The notes under the pieces were generated by a model. The model saw only the letters and a list, made by a program, of their open reading frames with translations. It was not told the DNA's origin and did no database searches. A DNA stretch of 64,000 nt from Verrucomicrobiota bacterium. GTDB taxonomy: Bacteria; Verrucomicrobiota; Verrucomicrobiia; Chthoniobacterales; JAFAMB01. A program made the translations under genes and the position numbers. Positions 1 through 8,956 of the stretch are shown one piece after another (position 1 is the first letter of the stretch; the number at the start of each line of letters is the position of its first letter). The stretch is taken from assembly GCA_019247695.1 (NCBI GenBank), contig JAFBAP010000183.1:301-64300 (forward strand), read 5' to 3'.

Positions 1-164
1 TGGCCGCCGGAGTGGTATAAGGCGGCACGCCTGTACGCTCACCTTAACAAACGCCGGTCCCGCCGGGCTGGATTTGCTGAAGGAGCGGCAGAACCGTAGG
101 GAGTCGCTCAAGGCCGTCTCGGCACCGGTTGAACTAACCGTGCGTAAACCTCACCGAGAAATGA

Positions 165-1103
165 TCAGATCGCTCCCGAGACATGGACCTCACGCCGTTC
201 TCGGAAATACGCTCGCGTTTCCGCTTCCCGGAACTGACCGTGATCTTTAACGCTATGAATGATGCTGTGGCCACGCTCCACCAAGGCTTCCGGTCGAGCT
301 AGTAATCCTCGGTGGTCGACGCCAAATGGTTCGTCGTCAGAACTGAAATCCTCGATCAGCAATCCAACCGCGCGGACGTTGAGGGCGATGACCACATCGT
401 CGCCGCAGGGTGTCGCCAGCCACTGGCAGGGATCGTCCAGCATCCCGGCCGCCTGCATCCGGTGCACGGCTTCCTTGGATAAGGCCAGGCCGCCGCCATT
501 GCAGTGTTCGCCCAAGCGGTAGCCGTTAAGCAAGGCGTGGCGAATCGTCTGTCGAATGCGGCGGTAGCGGCCCCACAACGCAAGTTGAAGTGCCGGCAGC
601 TTGCCGCAAGGCGTTCTCCTCCAGATGCTCACCTGACAGAGGAGCTTCTCGATCGCAGGTGCAGCCGGGAAATAATTTTTCAGGTGCGACAAGGAGGTCG
701 GATTAAATCGAAAATTCCCGAGTAAACCCACGTTGTCGTTCGCAGCAAACCGGCAGCAAACCTTGTTGGCAAATGGGGCGATAACCAACGAATCGGGATC
801 AATTTTCAGCACAAACTGCAGGTCCGGCATGGCCTTTAAAATGGCGAGGGCCGCAAGAATGCCCGCCGTGCTGCCTTGGCACCAACCGTCCGCCTTTCCC
901 ATGCGAGGATTCTTGATCGCGCCGGCCGCGCCTCGGCGCTCCCTGGGAACAAGCTCCAGGAGGTCACGTCCGCCCCGGTCGTCATCCACCAGGAGAAGGT
1001 AAAAATCACTCTCATAGTGGTAAAGGGAGGCGACCGTATCCCGAGCCCTTGCCAGCTCCGCCTCGCCGGGTCCAATCATCAGAATCACACCAAAGGTCGG
1101 CAT
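165..1103 (-). CDS. GT-A-fold-like protein of unknown specificity (paralog of 23436..24383)
   Basis: ORF 165..1145 starts on TTG. The ATG at 1103 aligns with the paralog N-terminus (MPTFGVILMIGPG vs MDARFAVILPVGP). Shared blocks: LVDD, K(I/L)D(P/T)DSLVI, LLNGYRLGEHC, IIHSVKDH, TRAYFR. Confidence 0.6.
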   Translation of the reverse strand: MPTFGVILMIGPGEAELARARDTVASLYHYESDFYLLLVDDDRGGRDLLELVPRERRGAAGAIKNPRMGKADGWCQGSTAGILAALAILKAMPDLQFVLKIDPDSLVIAPFANKVCCRFAANDNVGLLGNFRFNPTSLSHLKNYFPAAPAIEKLLCQVSIWRRTPCGKLPALQLALWGRYRRIRQTIRHALLNGYRLGEHCNGGGLALSKEAVHRMQAAGMLDDPCQWLATPCGDDVVIALNVRAVGLLIEDFSSDDEPFGVDHRGLLARPEALVERGHSIIHSVKDHGQFREAETRAYFRERREVHVSGAI

Positions 1104-1364
1104 CGTTGCGTGGCGCGAGTATCTTACAAAGGACGATGGTGTCAAACCGGCACCTCGTCGAGCCTCTGGAAAAGCGAGGCATTATCCGTATTCTCCGGAA
1201 AATCCAGGGGAAAATCCTCTGCGCCCGCTCCGCGGCAAACGACGCCCGGTTAGGACCCTCAAAAGCTCTCGGCAAGGTCCAGCCTTCCGAAGGCCGGTCT
1301 CACCCGGGGCGACGGGACCGGGATCAAGCCGGTTTTAGAAGCGCGCGGCCCTGCCGTCCACCGG

Positions 1365-2522
1365 TCACCGGTCTTGTGATCCGTTACCGGCAGCATTAGC
1401 CGCGACATCCACCACCCGGCACCCCTTTTGCGATTCGAGTGCTGCGGCAAATATCCGTTGGCTCTGAACCGCCTCGGCCGGGGTTGCGCAGCCGAAGCGG
1501 TCACCGAGCGCGCCTTCACGCTCCATCAGGAACGCCGCCCACATCTGCTGGATCACGTCGTTGAAGCCGACCTCGAAAATACCCCCGGTAATCGTCTTGA
1601 ACGGCACCTCGAACCCGAGCTCGGTCCGTTTCCAGGATTGTTCCTTGGTGCGTTCGAAGGTCCAGAAGCTTTTCGGTTCGGCCGTGCTGAACCGGACGCC
1701 GCCATCCGTGCCGAGCACCTCAAAAAACCAGGTGTTGGTCGCGCCGGGTGCCAACCGTTTCATTTCCAATCGCAGCGGAGTTTCCTGTCCTTGAATCCGG
1801 GTCCAGGTATGGAGCAGCGCATTATCCCAGGTATCGCACGGCGCTTTCCCGCCTTTGCCGTCCGGCCGTTCCGGATAACCTTTCTGGAGCTGGGCAAACA
1901 AGCGGACCGGTCCCCACCCCAGCCGCAGGGGCACATGGCAGACGTGCATGCCCAGATCGCCGAGTACGCCGATCTCGCCGCAGACCGCGCTTTGGCGTTT
2001 CCAGTTGGCCGTCTTGCCCGGATCAAGGTCGCTTGAATGATGAAAGCCCGAGACCACTTCCAGGACGCGGCCCAGCCGGCCCGAGCGTACCGCCTGGATG
2101 GCTCGCTGCGTCCCGGGCAGATAGGGGAACTCCGAACTGCACCGGACGAAGCGCCCGGTCGCGGCAGCCGTGCCGGCAATCCGCTCGGCGGCAGCCAGGT
2201 CGACTCCGAACGGTTTTTCGGCCAGCAAATCTTTGCCCGCCTCCAGCACCTCGCAGTAGATCTTTTCGTGCAGGTTGTGCGGGACCGCCACGTAGAGGAC
2301 CTCCACGTCGGGCCGCTCAAGCAACCGGCGGTAATCGGACGTCAGGAACGTCCGGCCGTCATCAAACCATTCCAGGGCCGCCGGATTCAGGTCCGCGACG
2401 CCCGCCAACTGGGGTTCGACGGACACATCGAGCAAAGCCCGCCAGCGCGCAAAGGCGCTGGCAATTTCGCGTCCCATCAGGCCGCCGCCGATAATGCCGA
2501 TTTTGACCGGTTTACGCTTCAT
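1365..2522 (-). CDS. Gfo/Idh/MocA-family NAD(P)-dependent oxidoreductase
   Basis: 385-aa ORF with ATG start. N-terminal Rossmann motif KIGIIGGGLMG, and EKP motif (LLAEKPFG) typical of this family. Confidence 0.85.
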   Translation of the reverse strand: MKRKPVKIGIIGGGLMGREIASAFARWRALLDVSVEPQLAGVADLNPAALEWFDDGRTFLTSDYRRLLERPDVEVLYVAVPHNLHEKIYCEVLEAGKDLLAEKPFGVDLAAAERIAGTAAATGRFVRCSSEFPYLPGTQRAIQAVRSGRLGRVLEVVSGFHHSSDLDPGKTANWKRQSAVCGEIGVLGDLGMHVCHVPLRLGWGPVRLFAQLQKGYPERPDGKGGKAPCDTWDNALLHTWTRIQGQETPLRLEMKRLAPGATNTWFFEVLGTDGGVRFSTAEPKSFWTFERTKEQSWKRTELGFEVPFKTITGGIFEVGFNDVIQQMWAAFLMEREGALGDRFGCATPAEAVQSQRIFAAALESQKGCRVVDVAANAAGNGSQDR

Positions 2523-2539
2523 ACGCTTCCCTTCCAGGT

Positions 2540-3364
2540 TTAAAGGTAGCGGCAGGCATCCTCGGCCTTTGCTCCCTCATGGACGATCGCCATTAAGGCC
2601 TTGGTCATACCGGCCGGGTTTTGGTGCTGAATCACGTTGCGCCCGTAGACAATGCCGGCGGCGCCTTGCCCGATCAACTGTTCGGTGCGCCGCAGGATCT
2701 CCATGTCTTCAGCCTTGCCGCCGCCGCGCACCAGGACCGGCACCCGCGCAACCTCAATTACTCGATGGTAATCAAGCGGGTTATCGGTCGGATCGGCCTT
2801 AATGACGTCGGCGCCGAGTTCGACCGCCTGGCGGACCAGCGGCAGAATCTTATTGATATCGCCGTCGACCATGTAACCGCCGGCTTTGGTGTTAGGCTGA
2901 AACACCAGCGGCTCGATCATCAGGGGAACCGCGTACCGGTCGCAATCCGGTTTGAGCTTCAGGATATTCCGGATGCATTGGTCGGTGACCTCGGGCTGCT
3001 CGGGGATCTGGAACAGGTTCACGACCACGCAGACGGCATCCAACCGCAACGCCTGTTCGACCGCCTGGTCGATCATCCGGCTGAAAAGGGCTCGCGGCAG
3101 CGCGCGCCCGTAGACGTTGGCCACGTCGGTGCGGAGCACCAGCGCCGGTTTTTGTTTTCCGGGAATGCGCTGGAGCACCTCGGCCTGGCCGACCGTCAAC
3201 TGGATGGCGTCCGGGTTGGCCCCGACGAGGGTTTTGACGGCGTTCTCGAGGTCCTCAATGCCGCCGAGAAAGCCGAGTTCGTTGAAAAACCCGTGATCAA
3301 CCGCCACGTCGAAGCAACGCTGCGATTTCGGGTTAAAGAGGCGGTTAAGCCGGAAGAGTTTCAT
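2540..3364 (-). CDS. Class I aldolase of the DhnA/FbaB/LsrF (DeoC-like) family
   Basis: ATG at 3364 (MKLFRLNRLF...; the 3406 start is TTG). Blocks FDVAVDHG, IKADPTD and VLVRGGGK resemble COG1830 aldolases (recognised from memory). Confidence 0.75.
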   Translation of the reverse strand: MKLFRLNRLFNPKSQRCFDVAVDHGFFNELGFLGGIEDLENAVKTLVGANPDAIQLTVGQAEVLQRIPGKQKPALVLRTDVANVYGRALPRALFSRMIDQAVEQALRLDAVCVVVNLFQIPEQPEVTDQCIRNILKLKPDCDRYAVPLMIEPLVFQPNTKAGGYMVDGDINKILPLVRQAVELGADVIKADPTDNPLDYHRVIEVARVPVLVRGGGKAEDMEILRRTEQLIGQGAAGIVYGRNVIQHQNPAGMTKALMAIVHEGAKAEDACRYL

Positions 3365-3402
3365 CGTGGGGGGTAGCGAGGCTCTGCGGTGGGGTGAACA
3401 GA

Positions 3403-4272
3403 TCAATGGGTCCGAACGGATTTCCGGTTCTCAAACCGGCCCGCCAGACAATCGTGCCGGAAGCGCTCGACGCGCTCAAGCAAACGTACATCGAGCTCAT
3501 TCAGATGGTTTCGATCGCTCAGCAATGGTTTGGCCGCCCGCATCACCCGCCGCAGCGCCCGCCGGGCAATAAAGCGGGTTGCCCGCGTGTGCTGGCGGAG
3601 AAAAAAGTCGTTGTCGGGTGGCAGTTCGAACAGGCGCGGCAGCCGGTGCGGTGCATAGTCAAGCCCGACCGAATCGCACCAATCAAGCCACTTGAAATCC
3701 AGAATCCGGTCGTCGATACGCACCGGTACCCAGGGATGAGCCAGCGCGTCCGAGATGATGGCGCCGTGCATCGCTTCGCTCAACAACACTTCGCAATCGC
3801 GGATCTGTGCGATTACGGTTTCGACATCCCCCTGCGGGTCGATGTAGTCCATGCCGACGTCGGCGCAGACGCATTTCCACGCGTCGAGGTTATGGTGGAA
3901 ATGCGGCATTAACGCGAATTTAAAACGCGGGCTCCGCTCCGAGGCGGGGATGAACCGGCGGGCCAGCATGCCGGGATCGGTAATCGCCAGATCCGGGCTC
4001 AACCCAAGCGCCTGAGCCGACCGGGGACCTCGCACACAGTAAATCTCCCAGGAGGAATCCAGGGCGGGCAACTTGCCGTACCCCACGCCGGAACCCATGA
4101 CGACCTTCCGGGGCAGCCTCTCGATCCCATGGTTCTGGTTGAGGATTGTGCCGATCCCCAAAAACACCGTCGACGGATCGTCGTCAAAACATTCAGGAAT
4201 CAGCCGGTGCCAAAGCCAGGCGTTAAGCAAGTCGCCAAAATTCCTGATCGCGCTCCAGTAAAACAGCTTCAT
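3403..4272 (-). CDS. Polysaccharide pyruvyl transferase, ExoV-like
   Basis: ATG at 4272. The N-terminus MKLFYWSAIRNFGDLLNAWL matches the ExoV-type NFGD motif; the length is about 290 aa. Confidence 0.7.
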   Translation of the reverse strand: MKLFYWSAIRNFGDLLNAWLWHRLIPECFDDDPSTVFLGIGTILNQNHGIERLPRKVVMGSGVGYGKLPALDSSWEIYCVRGPRSAQALGLSPDLAITDPGMLARRFIPASERSPRFKFALMPHFHHNLDAWKCVCADVGMDYIDPQGDVETVIAQIRDCEVLLSEAMHGAIISDALAHPWVPVRIDDRILDFKWLDWCDSVGLDYAPHRLPRLFELPPDNDFFLRQHTRATRFIARRALRRVMRAAKPLLSDRNHLNELDVRLLERVERFRHDCLAGRFENRKSVRTH

Positions 4273-4407
4273 GGGTGGGGGCGGCACAAACAAACCAGCA
4301 AATGCGTTTTCGGCAAGCCCGTTAACGTGCCGTCGACGGCCGGAGGGGCTTGACTTGGGGGCGTGCGTGGGGCACTGACAAAGGCCGTACGATCACGCGC
4401 AGTAATT

Positions 4408-5352
4408 ATGGAGGATAAATTTTCGGCGAGGGTCGCGTTACTTCTTCCGGCGTACAATTCCGCGGCTTACCTGCCGGAGATGGTGGCCCAGGCCCGGCAG
4501 CAAACGGTGCCGTTTGCCGAAATTATCTGTTACGATGACGCCAGCCGGGATGATACCGCCGCGGTGGCGGACGGGTTGGGCATCAGAGTGATCCGCGGGG
4601 CCGAGAACCGCGGGGCCGCATTTGCCCGCAACCGCCTGCTGGAGGCGACCCGTTGCGACTGGGTTCACTTCCACGACGTTGATGACGAGCTTTCGCCGCG
4701 GTTCCTCGAGAAGATGGTGCAACTGCTGTGCGATCCCCGGACCGCTGCGGTCTGCGCCACCAGAAAAACCTGGGACGATAACTCCCGACCAACGCGCATC
4801 GAAAGATTTCCCCGGCTTGAGTCGGAACCGGACCTGCTGGCATTCTTCCTGACCCATTTCATTCACCTCAACGCGTTCATCTTTCCCAGAGCGTTCCTCC
4901 TGCAGATCGGCGCTTTTCGCGACGAGTTACGCCTGGCGGAAGACACGGAGTTTGAGGCGCGGGCCGCCGCCCGCGGTTTAAAATGCCGGTACCTGGATGA
5001 AGCGTTGGTGGGTTGGCGGATCCACCCGCAATCGACCACCGGACGGGTCTCGCGACAGCTGCGCTGGCAATACGATCAACTTTACATCAAGAGGCTCCTG
5101 GAATGCCTGAATGCCCGTTACCGCCGGATCCTGGGGGAATCCTGGCTCTATCGGGCATGGTGGCTGTATTACACAGGCCAGGACATGTCCGATCGCCGCT
5201 ACATCGATATCGCCCGGCTCTGCGGCGTACGCCACCTTGCCGGCGCGAGCATGCTGGAGCGCCTGCTCAGCCACGGCGGCGGTCCGCGAACCGCCTTTTT
5301 TCTCAAGAAGTTCTGGTCGCGGCTCCGTCACGGCCGGGCCGGCGTGCATTGA
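4408..5352 (+). CDS. Glycosyltransferase family 2 (paralog set A)
   Basis: ATG at 4408 (the ORF opens on GTG 4363). Motifs LLLPAYNSAAYL, CYDDASRDDT and HFHDVDDEL (DxD). Paralogous to 5374..6345 and 21256..22224. Confidence 0.85.
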   Translation: MEDKFSARVALLLPAYNSAAYLPEMVAQARQQTVPFAEIICYDDASRDDTAAVADGLGIRVIRGAENRGAAFARNRLLEATRCDWVHFHDVDDELSPRFLEKMVQLLCDPRTAAVCATRKTWDDNSRPTRIERFPRLESEPDLLAFFLTHFIHLNAFIFPRAFLLQIGAFRDELRLAEDTEFEARAAARGLKCRYLDEALVGWRIHPQSTTGRVSRQLRWQYDQLYIKRLLECLNARYRRILGESWLYRAWWLYYTGQDMSDRRYIDIARLCGVRHLAGASMLERLLSHGGGPRTAFFLKKFWSRLRHGRAGVH

Positions 5353-5373
5353 GCCTGATCTCGTCCCTCGCCC

Positions 5374-6345
5374 ATGAATCTCAAACGGAGCGTTTCGCTG
5401 CTGATCCCGTGCTATAACGCCGCCCGGCACCTGCCGGGCCTCGCGCAGCAAATCGCAGCCCAGACGTCAGTTTTCGCCGAAGTGATCTGTTACGATGACA
5501 AAAGCCAGGACGACACTGCCACGGTGGCGCGGGCTCTCGGCTTCGACGTCATCACCGGGCGCGAGAACCGCGGCGCGGCGTTCGCTCGAAACCGGTTGTT
5601 GGAAGCCGCCTCTGCACCGTGGGTCCATTTTCACGATGCGGATGACGGGTTGGACCCGCGATTTCTGGAGCGACTGAGTTCCTGTCTCGGTGAGGAGCGC
5701 ACGGCCGTCATGTGCGCCGTCCGGAAGCGATGGAGCGGCGGCCGGGAACCGGACGTGGTTTACCGCCATCCGGAAGCCGGTACGCACACGGACTGGATCG
5801 CGTTTTTTATCCGGTATTTCGTGCATGTGAACGCGTTCATCTTTCCGCGTTCGGCCATCCTGCGCGCCGGTGGTTTTGCTGAAGATCTGCGGATTGCGGA
5901 AGATCGCGAATTTCTCGTGCGGGCAGCGGTGAGAGGCCTGCGATTCAGGTATGTGGATGAGGCGCTGGTCGACTGGGTGGTGCACCCGGACTCCACGCTG
6001 GGCCGCGCCGAAACGGAGACGCGGTGGCGGTTCGACGGCATCTTTCTGCGACGCTGTTACGATATCCTCGATGCTCCGCACCGGCGCATCCTGGGCGAAC
6101 ATGCGTTGCATCGCGGCTGGTGGCTCTGTTGGAACGGCGTCATACCCGGCGCCCGGGAAAACGTCGCGGTGGCCAACCTGTGCGGCGTGCGTCATGAGCC
6201 CGAGGCAAAGTTTGTGGGGCGAATCATGAGCCGCGTCCTGGGGACGCTGCCCTACTTCGTCCTGAAAAAGCGGTGGGCCAGCCTCGCCGCCCAATGGCGC
6301 GGCGCCGTCCCTGCGGGTGCTCCGGAGGGGTCTGAAACGCCGTGA
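5374..6345 (+). CDS. Glycosyltransferase family 2 (paralog set A)
   Basis: Motifs LLIPCYNAARHL, CYDDKSQDDT, ENRGAAFARNRLLEA and HFHDADDGL. Tandem to 4408..5352. Confidence 0.85.
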   Translation: MNLKRSVSLLIPCYNAARHLPGLAQQIAAQTSVFAEVICYDDKSQDDTATVARALGFDVITGRENRGAAFARNRLLEAASAPWVHFHDADDGLDPRFLERLSSCLGEERTAVMCAVRKRWSGGREPDVVYRHPEAGTHTDWIAFFIRYFVHVNAFIFPRSAILRAGGFAEDLRIAEDREFLVRAAVRGLRFRYVDEALVDWVVHPDSTLGRAETETRWRFDGIFLRRCYDILDAPHRRILGEHALHRGWWLCWNGVIPGARENVAVANLCGVRHEPEAKFVGRIMSRVLGTLPYFVLKKRWASLAAQWRGAVPAGAPEGSETP

Positions 6346-7967
6346 CGAATCAGATTTCGGATATGATGCGCAGGCTGTTCTTCGGCGGCTGGTACATTGT
6401 ACTTTGGTCCGCGGCGCTTTTTCCCGCTGCCCCACGCTCATGGGCAGCCGGCCCGCTGGAAGTGAAATTTGATCGGAACGGCATCTCGTCGCTGGTCTGC
6501 AATGGACAGGAATTCCTCGGCCACGCCGGCAAAGAGTGGTTCGGCGAACCGGGGATGCTGGTCCTTTACGAAGGCGATCCGGCCCTGCATTACGACCGGC
6601 CCGGCGAAACTGCCCGGCCCGATCCTGCCACGCTGGCCCGGGTTTACCCGTGGGGCTCGGTCCAGGTGCGCTACGACGTTCATGCGTCGGACCTCGACAT
6701 TTCCGTGGAGGTCCATAACGGGTCGACCCGGACGATGAGCAAGGTAGAGTGCGACCTCCTGTACCTTGAGTTTCCAGGCGATCGCACGCCGGACAAATGG
6801 GATAACACGAACCCGCCCAAAAATGACAACCGGAATGGCCCCACCATTCTGATCGCGGACTACGGCACCGGCAAGGTTGTGACGGTGGATCCGATGGCGT
6901 CCGTCCCAACCCTTACGCGATGGGGCTCTCGACAGGCACCCGGCCGGTACCAGCTTTCCGTGCAACGACCGGCGCCGCTTGCGCCCGGTGAAACCGTGCG
7001 GATGGCCAGCAGTTTGCGGTTCCGTTCGAGCGACACACCGGTGGATCAGGTCACCGATGACGTCGTCCGAGCGTTTCGCGAGCGCAATCCGCAGGAACTG
7101 GCCTGGCCCGATCGCCGGCCGATCGGTTCGCTGATCCTGGCGCGCGCCAACACCGGATGGCCAACAAACCCGCGCGGATGGTTCAACGACCGGAATATCA
7201 ACGTCACCACGCCGGAGGGACGGGTCACGTTCTTCAACCGTTTGTTCGACCTCGCCAACGGCACCCTCGCCAACCTGCGGGCCACGAACGCGCAGGGAAT
7301 CATCGTCTGGGACATCGAGGGCGAGCAATACCCGCAGGGTGAAGCGACCTACGCCGGCGATCCGCGCCTCGTGGCAAGACTCGCCCCCGAAATGGAACCG
7401 GTCGCCGATGACCTGTTCGCGAAATTCAGCGGCTCCCATTTTCGGACCGGCGTCTGCCTGCGTGCCGACGCCATCACGTTCCGGGCAAACGGCAGTTTTT
7501 ATCAAAAGCCGTTCACCGACCGCGAACTGCTTCGCAAATCTCTCGATGCACGGATTACCTACGCCAGGTCCAGGTGGGGCTGTACCCTGTTTTACATCGA
7601 TTCCTACGGCGGTTCACCGGCCTACCAGCCGGAGGTGTTGAAGGAACTTCATGAGAAGCACCCCGACGTGCTCCTGATTCCCGAATTCGAACAGACGCTT
7701 ACCTATGCCTACGCCGCGCCTTACAAAGAGCTGCGCTCGATCGCCGGCTCCGCCGGCACCGCGATCAGCCCTTGGCGGGCCCAGGCCGTCTACCCTAAAT
7801 GCTTTACCGTCATCAACACCGCAGACGGGCCGGTTGCCGGCAGGCGCGGCGAACTGGTAAAGGCCGTTCGTCGAGGCGATATTCTCCTTTATCGCGCGTG
7901 GTGGCGCGATCGCGATTTCAATACCCTCCGTTCCATTTTGGCGGAGGCAGGCCTCTCGGGACTTTGA
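6342..7967 (+). CDS. Secreted protein of unknown family, possibly a TIM-barrel glycosidase-like C-terminal half (paralog of 8957..10876)
   Basis: GTG at 6342 overlaps the upstream stop; the alternative ATG at 6363 gives signal-like MMRRLFFGGWYIVLWSAALFPAAPRSWAAG. Alternating strand-like blocks end in acidic residues (IIVWDIEGEQYPQ, CTLFYIDS, VLLIPEFE). Confidence 0.7.
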   Translation: MTNQISDMMRRLFFGGWYIVLWSAALFPAAPRSWAAGPLEVKFDRNGISSLVCNGQEFLGHAGKEWFGEPGMLVLYEGDPALHYDRPGETARPDPATLARVYPWGSVQVRYDVHASDLDISVEVHNGSTRTMSKVECDLLYLEFPGDRTPDKWDNTNPPKNDNRNGPTILIADYGTGKVVTVDPMASVPTLTRWGSRQAPGRYQLSVQRPAPLAPGETVRMASSLRFRSSDTPVDQVTDDVVRAFRERNPQELAWPDRRPIGSLILARANTGWPTNPRGWFNDRNINVTTPEGRVTFFNRLFDLANGTLANLRATNAQGIIVWDIEGEQYPQGEATYAGDPRLVARLAPEMEPVADDLFAKFSGSHFRTGVCLRADAITFRANGSFYQKPFTDRELLRKSLDARITYARSRWGCTLFYIDSYGGSPAYQPEVLKELHEKHPDVLLIPEFEQTLTYAYAAPYKELRSIAGSAGTAISPWRAQAVYPKCFTVINTADGPVAGRRGELVKAVRRGDILLYRAWWRDRDFNTLRSILAEAGLSGL

Positions 7968-7997
7968 AGAACCACTGCACGCGGCAGCGCAGGTACC

Positions 7998-8744
7998 TCA
8001 CAAAGGCCGCAGATTGAAATTCTTCCGTATGGCGGGGGTGACCGGACGGGTGCGCAGCGCTTTGGAAACGGTCGCCCGAATTCCGATGCTCTTCGGATTC
8101 GGGCCCGTATTATTTTCTCCGGTCATCTTCACGTAAATGGCGCCCGGGAAAGGCACAACGCTGAGGGGACGTCCGATTGCGGCGAGGTAAGCCGCGATGG
8201 TGTGATGCCCGTGCCGGAGGGCAAAAGAGTTCTCCGCCGGTCCAGCCAAGTCCTCCGGCAGCTCCTCGCGCGCGAACCGGATGATGTGGGAACTCCCGCA
8301 GCGCAGGTGAAAATCGTTGTGCCACTCGAGCCAGCGGGAGCCTTCGTCGTAGCTGTAGCCGCTCCGGATCATCCACCCATGGCTCTGCGGGTGCGCCGCG
8401 GCGAGGGCCGCCAGATCGTGGTGCACCAAGTCATCAGCGTCAACGCCCATCACGAATCCCCCGCCCCGCTCGCGCACCGCCATCAGCCCCCGCCGGACTT
8501 TGGCGGCTTTATCCGCGATCTGCGCCTGCTTGTTCGGGGCTGGAGGAGGGAAACTCTCCCGGATGATCTCAAGGCCGGTATGCGAGGGCAACCCGGTGGG
8601 CACGTCTGTGCAGATCAGAAAGATACGGAACTCTCGTGAGGTTTGCTGGTCGAGAGAAGCCAGGGTCCGCCGGCAGAGCCGCGAGACGCGATCCCAATCG
8701 TGGGAAGCCGCGCGGCCCTTCAGTGGAACGATGAAGTAAAGCAT
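7998..8744 (-). CDS. GT-A-like glycosyltransferase candidate
   Basis: ATG at 8744 (MLYFIVPLKG...). The upstream part of the 316-aa ORF is low-complexity. Has VMGVDADDLV (DxD-like). Sits between the two secreted paralogs. Confidence 0.55.
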   Translation of the reverse strand: MLYFIVPLKGRAASHDWDRVSRLCRRTLASLDQQTSREFRIFLICTDVPTGLPSHTGLEIIRESFPPPAPNKQAQIADKAAKVRRGLMAVRERGGGFVMGVDADDLVHHDLAALAAAHPQSHGWMIRSGYSYDEGSRWLEWHNDFHLRCGSSHIIRFAREELPEDLAGPAENSFALRHGHHTIAAYLAAIGRPLSVVPFPGAIYVKMTGENNTGPNPKSIGIRATVSKALRTRPVTPAIRKNFNLRPL

Positions 8745-8956
8745 GGGGAGGATATTTGCCGGGCGCGGGACAAATGCAATGCGCGTACCCCGGGGCGGCG
8801 CACTGGAGGTGCGGGTGCCGCGGCGGACGCTGGGCCCATTTGGGGCGGCTCGGTGGTCACTCCGGCAACTGCCTAAAGGCTCAGGCGTAATACAGTTATT
8901 ATTAATTTTATGGAATTCATGACGATTATCTACGCAGCGGATCATCATTTGTCGTC

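Noticed and set aside
5467-6909. A 480-aa minus-strand ORF. Similar long antisense ORFs are at 6438..7505, 9368..10906, 13179..14357, 45952..47076, 61459..62451, 37502..38410 and 18133..18957.
   Set aside because: All lie antisense to genes with clear family motifs. Their products are Arg/Pro/Gly/Ala-rich low-complexity sequence with no motifs. These are typical shadow ORFs of high-GC DNA.
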